A stretch of 64,000 nucleotides of DNA from the NCBI GenBank assembly GCA_951406725.2, contig OX597822.1, forward strand, positions 95,232,001 through 95,296,000, in the 5' to 3' direction. Positions within the stretch are counted from its first letter, which is position 1; every line of letters begins with the position of its first letter. The position numbers were made by a program, and so were the translations under genes. This document shows positions 52,686 through 64,000 of the stretch, in pieces. The stretch is from Octopus vulgaris (lineage: Eukaryota). The notes under the pieces are model-generated. The model had not been told where the DNA came from, ran no database searches, and worked only from the letters and a program-made list of their open reading frames with translations.

Positions 52686-53786
52686 TCGAATATGTTATAA
52701 TCAAAGTTAGTCAGATGTTTCTATCATCGGAAGCACGAGAGGCGTTGATGGTGACTGAACATGTCACAGACAGATCACTTGGGAAATCAAAATAAACTAA
52801 AATTGAAACCTCAGATTAGAGCTCGTAATACACCACCACAAAAAATATCATTACACTTCGTGACTTTCATCATCATTCTGAATTTTAGAACCATTTCTTT
52901 GAAGAGCTTCAGCATTATCCACTCTCATTCTCAAAAGAATCTATTGAATCCCACTGAATCAGCCTAACATAGACTCTGATAAAAGTTGCAATAGAATTTC
53001 TTGGATTCATCAGAAAATGCCACCAAGATGGAAAAAAAAAAAGTGATTCTGAAATTATAACAATCATCAATCAGAAGTAAAAAAAAAAAGTTTGACTTTC
53101 TTCAAAGTACGAATCATCTTCAATTGCTAAGAGGATTTAGCAAACTATCAAATCCAAAGTTCACACCATAATACGCGAAATCCAAAATGTCCGGTGGATT
53201 TAAAAAGAAGCAGAAAAGCAACGTTATTCTGACCAAAGAAACACGAGAAACGTTAAAGCAGCAATCAAAACCAACTATAGTTCTTCCCGCCTGCTGCTAT
53301 CATTAGCCAATGCACAAAACATTTTCACTCGCCCAGCTAACATCAACATTACTACAATCGACCGAATTCCTTGATATTCCTTTCGTCATGAGCTCAATTA
53401 TCCTCCATATTTCATTCAAACAGCCATTACTAAAATGAATAACAAATCTCCTGTTGAAATTTGTTTGGTGGAATCTGTGTAGAACGGTATTGGCCGGATC
53501 CCTCCTGTATGATTGCAAACCTCATTTGTCACCCGGTTTAATATTATTTATCTCTTACGTGCATTAATTTATATGCCCATTCCTTTCCCCCAAAAATATT
53601 AGTTATTCGGAATCTCCGCCCTTCTAGTGTTTTCTTATCCTGCAGGGGTTGACCTGGTACACCTTAAACGGAAAGTTAACGATCGATCTCGAAAAATCTC
53701 ATCGATCTCGAAAAATCTACAAGGGTCATAGGTAATACTTCCGCTTGACTCAACTAGTAATTATATATATAAATATATAAATAAAG

Positions 53787-53980
53787 ATGCATGGCCTAGT
53801 ATTTAAGGTGTTGGGTTCACGATCACAAATTTGTGGATTCGATTTCGGAATTGGGCAGTGTTTATGTCCCAGAACAAGGCACTTCATTTCATTTTACATA
53901 ACTCCACTCTGCTGAAAAATGTTTCATAGCCAAATACTGCTGTAGCACTTTCTGTAACCACTCAAGCAGTCATATCTTAG
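53787..53980 (+). mobile_element. SINE family D-like (diverged)
   Basis: TGGCCTAGT..GGATTCGATTTC..AACAAGGCACTTCATTTC. Confidence 0.6.
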
Positions 53981-55631
53981 ATATACTGCTAGGTCAAAGT
54001 TGGGACATTTTTAGAGAATGCCCATGACTGCCTGGTACTACATAGGCACCAAAAATTATTGCGAGAGATAGAAAGGCTAAACTAACCAACATACATACAT
54101 GCATACATACATACATACATACATACATACATACATACATACATACAATCATACATACATACATACATACATACATACATACATACATACATACATACAC
54201 ACACACATGTATGTGTGTGTATATCCAGTGTAGGTAATATAGGTCCATACTACTTGGTTATTCATAATCGAAAGTAGTTATTGATGAGCAAAAATTTTCT
54301 CTTTACTTCTCTATTCGCTTAGTGAATAGAGAAATAAGTTCTATTTCATACGACCACTAAAAAGGAATTATTAGCTTCATGATTAGAGGGATACGAAAAG
54401 CAAACTCAAGAGTATACATAATATAAAGCAAAAGCCACACCTCAGCTTCGAAAACGAGACGTGATCTCATCCTGCTATCTCGGGTCGTGGCGCCAATATA
54501 CATTCAGAGCTTATTATGCAAGATGTTAGCTCTCTCCACCTGGGCTACTCACTACTTGATATTTTAACACTCAGACAAAAGTCTGACTGGATGTGAGCTA
54601 TTTATTATTGAGATTGTACATCTGGTTATCGTTATAAAACTCTGCTACTGCTTTTGGATATCACATTCGCACTACAGAGATGATAACCAAATAATAACCA
54701 GATACTATAGATTTCATCCAGAGATATTACAAATCATATATATTTTAGAAATCTCTCGAGATTGTTTTTTAACGATTAAATTGTTTCGCAGAGTTTCCTG
54801 AAATATTCATGTACATTATTGTGTATGTGTGTGTATAAAAACACAGTTACGAGTGTGTATAATAAGCATATAGTCACCACGCAGATACACTTGTAATCAC
54901 TGCTAAGGATAGAAAAACGCGTGCGCATACATACATACCATACCTTGCCATACATGCATACAAATCACTCTTTTAACGACGCTCCAAAATTAGTTGTCTA
55001 TGGGGTTGAGATCTGGGAAATTTGATGTTCAATTCAACACATATATACAAATACAAATACATACAAACATATATGCATACATATACACGCACACATATGA
55101 TACCAACATAATACATACATGCATACATACATACGTACATATATAAAATAAATGCATTTATAAAACACATACGTACCTATATAGATACACATACAAGCAT
55201 ATAAACATGCATACAAACATATGCATCTACATGAAAATACATATATCGCACATACAAATATATATACATAAATATATCGTCAAACAATCAACAACATGCT
55301 TTGTGGTATTTCTCCCGGTTCTTTGTGTTCTGAGTTCAAATCCTACCGAGGCAAACAAACCCTTCATCCTTCGGGTATCGATCAAATAAAGTACCATTGT
55401 CGGCTGGGGTAGGGAATTGGCAGAAGTAAGTGCTAGGTAAAATATACACAAGTCCAGGTGTTTGGTTATTAAACTTGCTTGTCTGTCATGAGGTACTGGA
55501 TTCAGCCCACTGCAGGGCACGCTTCACAAGTCGCTTCTCCGATAGCTCTGGGCCGACCAATGCCTTGTGAATGGATCTGTTAGGCGGAAATTGAAAAGAT
55601 GTCGTATGTGTATAAATATATATATATATAT

Positions 55632-55944
55632 CGGACTGAACACCCGATCGCGCGGTTAAACTATTGGGAGTGAAGGACCCCTAGCCTTTGTTAGGGCATC
55701 CTTCTAGGAGATGGCAACTCAGGTAACTGGGATAACTCTGACATAAAACCTGCGGCTCAGTGGTTACCGATGATGTTGACTTGTTCTTCTTTTCGGATTA
55801 TGGCTGCTGTTGCTTAGTGAGTGGGATTGACTCAGTGCACAGCCTTTCCTCACTTTAAAAAAAAATCTTCTTGCACAGGCATTGCACGATAACGAGTTAA
55901 TCTTCGTGCAATGGCCATACTCGATAACGAAGGGGCAGCCATCA
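55632..55944 (+). mobile_element. Short bipartite non-autonomous RTE derivative
   Basis: RTE-5'UTR-like CTAGCC..TCTAGGAGA..AACTCTGACATAAAACC joined to the same 3' tail as the RTE end at 21783-21825. Confidence 0.6.
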
Positions 55945-55948
55945 TATA

Positions 55949-55996
<48 letters not shown>

Positions 55997-56104
55997 TAAA
56001 AAGTTTAAATGAGGGTGAGAAATTAGATATTAATTTAATTAATATAGATTTCACACCAGTGGTCTAGCATATAAAAAACTGAAGGTTCAGTAAAATTGCA
56101 TTAT

Positions 56105-56194
56105 ATACATATTAGAGGGAAACCACTATGTGGACACCCTTATGCTAGAAATAGCATAAGGGTGTCCACATAATGGTTTCCCTCTAATATGTAT
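56105..56194. repeat. 43-bp-arm hairpin with GAAA loop
   Basis: One mismatch (C56126/A56173); loop at 56148-56151. Confidence 0.95.
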
Positions 56195-56195
56195 G

Positions 56196-56243
<48 letters not shown>

Positions 56244-56611
56244 ATACATATGTTTGTGTGTGTGTGTGTGTCCCGATGCTGAATGCAATTTAGTGGTTCG
56301 CAAAAGGGGCCGATCGATTGGGTGTCAAATTTACATATATGTACTGGAGTCGATTTACTCGACTTAACTCTTCAAGATGGGGCACTGGCATGGCTGCAGT
56401 CCAATGAGTGGAGACAAGTAATTAAGGGATAAAAGATTTTGAACTGGCCGCTTTCAATGTCGCACGTCCTTCAACTCAGCTCCTATCATCTGACGTTAAT
56501 TTCATATTACCATCCGGAAGTCTAGGTTTTATCCTGAACCCACCCGTATCTATATACCTTTGCTCTACTACTATTACTACTACCACCATCACCACCACCA
56601 CCACCACCACT

Positions 56612-56692
<81 letters not shown>

Positions 56693-56728
56693 ACTCCCAA
56701 AGTTAAGAAAATATGAACATATATATGT

Positions 56729-56850
<122 letters not shown>

Positions 56851-56944
56851 CACGATCCAATCAATTGAGTTCTATATCATAATACAAGCATTACTTACAG
56901 TATGATGTATATATGTATATATATATATTCTTTTTTTTGTTGCT

Positions 56945-57097
56945 GTGATTTGACTGCGGCCATGCTTGAGCACCGCTTTTAGTCAAAGAAATCGGCCCCA
57001 GGACTTATTCTTTATAAGCCTACTACTTTTTCTATCGGTCTGTTAAGTTACGAGGACGTAAACACACCAACATCGGTTGTCAAACGATAGTGGGGGA

Positions 57098-57154
<57 letters not shown>

Positions 57155-57432
57155 GACAAATTCCTTTCAGTTTCCGTCTACCAAATCCACTCATAAGTTT
57201 GTCGAACAGGATTTAAGGTGGCGAGCAGGTAGAATCATTACCGCGCCGGGCGAAATGCTTAATGGCATTTCATCTGTCTTTACGTTTTGAGTTTCAAATT
57301 CCACCGGGGTTGACTTTACCTTTTATCCTTTCGGGATCGATAAAATAAGTACCAGTTGAGCGCTGGGGTTGAAGTAATCGATTAACCTCCTCCCTTTGAA
57401 ATTTCTGGCCTTGTACCAAAATTTGAAATCAA
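56945..57432. mobile_element. Partial SINE A (minus) abutting SINE B (plus)
   Basis: A body at 56945-57200; B copy at 57216-57432. Confidence 0.8.
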
Positions 57433-58171
57433 TATGCCAACAAGATTTGATTCAACTTCGCAATAGTTGTGTGAGCTGTATGAGCTGTGGAGCAGAAAAA
57501 GGATGAGATGGATACTCTCTGCTATGTCGCTTATGTCTAAAAGCAAAATGTTACATACAAATATTTCTGTTAGATCTAAAAGTAAGGAATCCTTGTATGT
57601 TATCATCATCGAGCATCTTTTTCTTTCAGTAGACTGAATATCATCGGTCTTTCGTATGTTAAATTATACATTTGTATTTAATGTTTACGAATTCAATTCC
57701 TTCCAGGGACGAAAAATTTAAGTGGATTTTGTCAGTGATGTCATTCATACATGAACCAAAGTATTTAAATTGTAGGTTGAAATTTCTGCATACTTTTTCC
57801 ACATTCATTGGCTTAAGACATGAATAAGAGTAACTTTTAATGCATGTGTGAATTACGATACATGCTCACCGGAAATTTAATGAATATTAAAACAAGCTAT
57901 ATAAAATTCTCCCCTCATATTTAATTCTATTCAGATGCAGTCCTTCAATATACTTTCAACAAAAATTTAATTATTCTTACTATACAAATTGTATCAAATA
58001 TATGGTATATATGTTACACCGGTGTTTTCATTGAACAGTATTTTCAGCTTCTTTTAAGATGCTGTCGCTTCTGACAAAACGGGTACACTTCTGTGTGAAC
58101 GTACGTACGTACGTTCGTATGAATGTATTCATATATGTGTGTGTATGCAGGTGTATGCGTGGGTAAGCTTA

Positions 58172-58259
<88 letters not shown>

Positions 58260-58312
58260 CATCTATCTATCCATCCATCCATCCATCCATCCATCCATCC
58301 ATCCATCCATCC

Positions 58313-58366
<54 letters not shown>

Positions 58367-58367
58367 A

Positions 58368-59424
58368 TAGTTGAAAACTATCGTTATAGATATAAACATA
58401 CCATAAAAAATTATATGAAAATGGAGGAGAAAAAGATGTTGCATCAAAATTAGATTTAATACAAATTAAGATTCATTACATACACGCGTTTCAAAGGACA
58501 TTACAAATATGTAAGAAAAAATTATAATTACAGTAATTATAATTAAATTTATGCATGGTCATTCTCATCAGTGTGAAGAATGTTTGGAAGGATATCAAAA
58601 GGTTTCATAAAATAAAGTAAAGTAAAATAAAATACAATAACGGTGAATACAAAAGGGGTAATAGGGAAAAATCGGATATTTACAAGCAGGTTCTAAAAGG
58701 GAAAAAAATAAAAGTAATAACTATTGTGAGAGAGACGAAAGAGAAAAAAACCAGACATATCAATGTGTATGCACGTCTATATGTGCAGTAAACTATAACA
58801 TAAAAATAAGAATAAAAAATCAAACGGATATGTTTAAAAAGTGGTAAGAGGTTTAGACGAAGTATAGTGTAAACAGGGCCATGTGTATATAGTAGAATAT
58901 AACGTAACAGGTGTATTGGCAGAAAAAACCAAAGAGAGTTATATATATGCATATTAATATTGAAAAACGAAAAAGAAATATTACCCGAGGCTAAAAGTGA
59001 TAGGTGAGGCTATGTTTAACAAGTTACAATATTTAATTTAAAATGTACTTACAAGCAGAGAAAATCGAAAAGGAACTTAACAAGGAAAGAACATCGATCA
59101 TAGACAAGGCTAGCAGGTGTATTCAAGAAAGCTACCTTACTCAAAATCTAGCCCGGGGTAGAGGAGAGAATCAGAATAAAATAGGAAGAAAAATGAATAT
59201 ATGAAGGACAAAATCATTATAAATTTACAAGTGATGGATATACACATAAGGATATACAGCCATACAGTTATACCTACATACACACATACACAACTCACAC
59301 GTATACACACGCACACAATAACCGTGCATGGAATCATACACATACATGAGACGTATATAACTATAAGTACATATAGACACATACATACACACACATATAA
59401 ATGTATATGTACATATACACATAC

Positions 59425-59476
<52 letters not shown>

Positions 59477-61229
59477 ACACACACACATACATATACATAT
59501 ATATATATATACACATATACACACATATACATACACACACCTACAAACACATACGTAGAACATAAAACATGCACATACAAGTAAAACGCACACACATGCA
59601 TATGTATATATGGTTTGTAAGAGATCAACATTGTTAGTTATTTCATACGAAGAAACAAATAGAGTTCAATGCAGTTTCCTTTGGCCAGAGATATTAATCA
59701 ACAAATAATTAGTCTAATTAATTTAAAAGAAAAGATATCCATCTAGAGAAATTATACAATACAATGGTTTATTATATTTACGAAATCAATAATTACTATA
59801 GCTACTAAATTTTCCCGGACTCTTCATTTATTCTTGTTTCTGTATGTCTACTCCGAAAGAAAGTAGTACTAGTTTATTCCAAAAGGTATGGCAACTTAAA
59901 AGAGATAATATAAATTTCTCAATTTCTTGGAATATTGTTTCTTCAGACCCTCTTATAAGATTAGAAATAGATCATGCCTTTTATGTCTTGAAGAGTCTTT
60001 TATAACTATGAAAATAAACGGTTCTATCTCAAATTCGAGAGATGAAAAAACTCCTCTTGTAAACATATGTTCAAATTTCATCTTTTTCATTTAGATTATG
60101 TGCATGTACGTTTTCTCTGTGTGTGCATGTATGTATGTGTGCTTTTGTGGACATGTTTATGTACTTGTGCTCATGTTTTATATGCATGTGTATGTGTGAA
60201 TGTATGCACGGTTTTTGTGTGTGTGTGTGTGTGTATACGTGTGGGTTGTGTATATATGTATGTATGCGTATGTATGTAACTGTATACCCTTATGTGTTGA
60301 GTGTATACATTTGTTCCATCACTTGTAAATTTATAATAATTTTCTCCTTCATATATTCGTTTTTGTTCCTACTTTTTTTTCTGAATGTCTCTCCCACCCC
60401 GGGGTAGATTTTAAGTACGGTAGCTCTCTTGAATACACCTGCCGACCGGCCTTGTCTGTGATCGATGTTCTTTCCTTGTTAAGTTCCTTATCGTTTTTTC
60501 TCTGCTTGTATGTACATTTTTACTTAAATATTGTAATTTTTCTAACATAGCCTTGCCTATCACTTTTAGCCTCGCGTAATACACACACACGCACACATAT
60601 ATATATATATATATATATATTCGTTTTTTGATATTAATATGCAAAGCAAATGTATAACTATCTTTGTTTTTCTCTGCCAGTGCACTTGTTACGTTATATT
60701 CTACTATACACGTGGCCCTGTTTACATTATACTTCGTCTCGACCTGTTACCATTTTTTTAAGCATATCCATTAGATTTTTATTCTTATTTTTACGTTATA
60801 GTTTACTGCACATATAGACGTGCATACACATTGATATGTCTGTCATTTTTTTCTCTTTCGTCTCTTTCACTATAATTATTACTGTTATTTTTTCCCTTTT
60901 ACAACTTGCTTGTAAATATCCGATTTTTCCCTATCACCCGTTTTGTATTCTCCCTTATTGTATCTTATTTTATTTTACTTTATTTTGTGAAACCTTTTTG
61001 ATATCCTTCCAAAAATTCTTCACACTGATGAAAATGACCATGCATATTTTTGATTATAATTACTGTGATTATAATTTTTTTCTAACATATTTGTAATGTC
61101 CTTTGAAACGCGCGTATGTAATGAATCCTAATTTGTATTAAATCTAATTTTGACGCAACATCTTTTTCTCCTTCATTTTTATATAATTGTTTATGGTGTA
61201 TTTATACTTATAACTATATTTTTCAACTA
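58368..61229. repeat. Diverged ~1-kb inverted repeat (arms ~58368-59350 and ~60180-61229)
   Basis: For example CGCGTTTCAAAGGACATTACAAATATGT pairs with ACATATTTGTAATGTCCTTTGAAACGCG, and GACATATCAATGTGTATGCACGTCTATATGTGCAG recurs as its reverse complement near 60805-60841. Confidence 0.92.
59850..60085 (+). pseudogene. Penelope-like element GIY-YIG endonuclease C-terminal fragment (Neptune-type)
   Basis: With frameshifts it reads KESSTSLFQKVWQLKRDNINFSISWNIVSS..YKIRNRSCLLCLEESF...NSRDEK..CKHMFKF, matching T.LS..IW.LK....I.W.I...C.LC..E...LN.R.E...C.H..KF. Confidence 0.8.
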
Positions 61230-61421
61230 CTATTTTCATATTCTCACTACTTGCTCTGGCAGCTTTCTATGAATTTGATGAATCTTTTTTAGAAACCATT
61301 CCTTCTCTCTTTTGGGACCTCTCAAAAAGTTTGAATTGTTCTTTTTTGAACTTGTTTCTCCCATACATATAGATAGATAGATACACACACACATATATAT
61401 ATATATATAAATATATATATG

Positions 61422-61452
<31 letters not shown>

Positions 61453-61478
61453 ATGTGTTTGTGCGTGTGTGTGTGTGT

Positions 61479-61698
61479 GTAAAATAACATGTGACAATTA
61501 TTCGGTTGGCATAATAAAACTCCGAGTTTCGCATGTGGCGGCGGAAATCTGCTCCGGCATCTCGTCAGCTATCAACACAAACAAAAATGCATTTTTGTTT
61601 GTCTTAATAACTGACGAGATGCCGGATCAGATTTCCGCCGCGACATGCGAAACTCGGAGTTTTATTATGCCAACCGAATAATTCTCACATTATTTTAC
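61479..61698. repeat. Spacerless palindrome with divergent hammerhead motifs
   Basis: Axis ACAAACAAAAATG|CATTTTTGTTTGT at 61589/61590. Motifs at 61512-61573 (-) and 61605-61667 (+). Confidence 0.93.
61605..61667 (+). ncRNA. Type-I hammerhead motif with extended stem II
   Basis: TAATAA-CTGACGA-G...C-GAAACTCGGAGT-T-TTATTA; 6-bp stem I; GUU site at 61661. Confidence 0.7.
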
Positions 61699-61758
61699 AG
61701 GTAAATTCCTCTATTTACATAATATCGAGGTTTCATTTATTCCTTTGTTGTCATACTA

Positions 61759-61805
<47 letters not shown>

Positions 61806-62238
61806 TTGTGTGTGTATAACGTGGAGCCATTCTTAACTTTAAGAAGACATAGAGAAACAAGAATAAATGAAGAGTCCGGGAAAATTTAGTAGCCATAGTA
61901 ATCATTGATTTCGTAAATATAATAAACCATTGTATTGTATAATTTCTCTTGATGGATATCTTTTCTTTTGAATTAATTAGACTAATTATTTGTTGATTAA
62001 TATCTCTGGCCAAAGGAAACTGCATTGAACTCTATTTGTTTCTTCGTGTGAAATAACTAACAATGTTGATTTCTAACAATTCATACATACATGCATACAT
62101 ACATACATAGATACATACATGCATGCATACATACATACGTACATACATACATACATACATACACACACAGTTATCATAGTATACATTGATTTCTAATTTC
62201 TATATATATATATATGTAAGCATGTATATGAATGTGTA

Positions 62239-62304
<66 letters not shown>

Positions 62305-62375
62305 AAATTTTGTATATATATACAAAATGAGCCAAATTTCAGACACTAAAACATATGGCATTTTTATTTACATTG

Positions 62376-62377
62376 CA

Positions 62378-62423
<46 letters not shown>

Positions 62424-62447
62424 CATTATTCTTCTTATTATTATTAC

Positions 62448-62498
<51 letters not shown>

Positions 62499-62523
62499 CA
62501 TTATTATTATTATTATTATTATT
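62376..62523. repeat. (TTA)n microsatellite
   Basis: Direct inspection. Confidence 0.95.
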
Positions 62524-62879
62524 GAGTGAGAGAGCAGTGCATGCCATCAAAGTGACACTGGGGTAAAATATACGAAGCCCAGTATACCCATCATGACTAC
62601 CCGTCTGATAAGGGTACACTAGGCACATGTGCGCGACATGGTAATCTCATATCGGAGTTTTATCCTGGTTGCCGAATAATTGTCACATATTACATTTACA
62701 GATAAATTCCTCTATTTACATAATATCGAGGTCTGTTTCATTCTTTTGTTGTCTTACCATTTCTATCAATATATATATATGGTAAATAAAAGATGGTGAT
62801 GGAATATACGAGATATTTTATTAATCACGACAATTGTTCCGACACATCTTGCATTGATATTAAGAAAAAGGAGGTCGTC

Positions 62880-63713
62880 AGAATTTTCAATAATTATTTA
62901 TTTAGTACTTTCATTTCGCTTCAGAGATTCGTCAGGATTTTTTTTTTTTACCGAAAATTTATGTCCTTTATATAGGTGTATGAGTTAGATGAAAAAATCT
63001 GGAATTGATTTGGGAAGAGAATATTCTTCATTATTTTTAATGTATATTTGTGTGTATATATATATGTGTGTGTGTTGGAATTTTTGGAGGCTTAGTTAGA
63101 GAGAGAAAAAGGAGAAAGAGGAGAAAAAGAAAAAACAAGAAGAAAGACAAAAGAACGAAAAAAGGAAAGAATCGGAAAATTTCACTTTAGTAATCAACAC
63201 GCAACACACACGTGCACACACTCACACGCCTACGCTTAAATACACACATGCACACACATACACGCACGTACACATTTAATAACTTCTCTTTCTACAACTG
63301 GATAACATGACAACCAACAAAAATATAAACACAGTGACTAAAAGGAAATTGAACAGTCCCAGATAAAGACCCTTTTCTACCCCTAAGTAGCATACAACTG
63401 ACAAAATAATACAATGCAATTTTAGCCATTTCAGGAAAAAAGCTATTTCTCTATTTCTTTCTTTCTTTGTTTCTTTCTTCCTGTCTTTCTTACTTTCTAG
63501 TTTTTCCTTTCCCTTTTTTCTCCCTCTAATCTAGCCTCCAAAAATTTAGCACACACACACACACACACACACGCACACATACTTACCCACAGATACATGC
63601 ATACACAGAAATATACGTACACTCCGTCAGATTCAAAATAATAAAGAATATTCTCTTCCCAATTCGACGCTAGATTTTTTCAACCAACTCTCGCTTGCTC
63701 CCACAAACACACA

Positions 63714-63801
<88 letters not shown>

Positions 63802-63935
63802 TATATATATATATATAGAAGCACACACACATACACATATGTATATATAAAACGCATTTTCTGTAAATAAGAACCATTCGTGATGAATACTTGAAATGAG
63901 ATAAAAGCGCTAAGCAAATAATTATCCAAAATGTG
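62880..63935. repeat. Old diverged inverted repeat (arms ~62880-63165 and ~63450-63935)
   Basis: TTGGGAAGAGAATATTCTT pairs with AAGAATATTCTCTTCCCAA, and AATTTTTGGAGGCT pairs with AGCCTCCAAAAATT. Confidence 0.75.
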
Positions 63936-64000
63936 TATCATTTCAAACAATATATGCATATGTTTCATATGAATGCGCGTGTGTGTATGTTTGTGTCTGT

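Larger units (their letters stand above)
59624..62070. repeat. Second inverted repeat (226-bp arms 59624-59849 and 61845-62070) interleaved with the first
   Basis: GAAGAAACAAATAGAGTTCAATGCAGTTTCCTTTGGCCAGAG and its exact reverse complement at about 62004-62045. Confidence 0.93.

Noticed and set aside
57600-57790. Minus-strand FKYFGS reverse-transcriptase-like motif
   Set aside because: A single short motif, too degenerate to call.

Overview
AT-rich, microsatellite-saturated eukaryotic DNA with no recognisable host protein-coding gene. The SINE families and (TA/CA/TATC/TACA)n load match what I recall for Octopus (coleoid cephalopod); this is inference, not a database result. Nearly all listed ORFs are microsatellite or SINE artefacts. 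The window holds four SINE families (about 35 copies), non-autonomous Helitrons, a Chapaev3-like transposon, piggyBac and hAT relics, a TIR element with an 8-bp TSD, R4/Dong-like LINE ends in (TAA)n, RTE ends, and a 35-bp satellite with a 105-bp higher-order repeat. The main hidden signal is a set of type-I hammerhead ribozyme motifs from about five sequence families, probably Penelope-like (PLE) pLTRs. One is fully canonical (18199-18248), one family shows stem-I covariation, and two have non-canonical cores (U3-A8; A6U). Three palindromes (about 0.2, 0.6 and 2.2 kb) carry the same hammerhead on both strands. A 58-62 kb block has interleaved inverted repeats around a PLE GIY-YIG fragment. All folds and alignments were done by eye.
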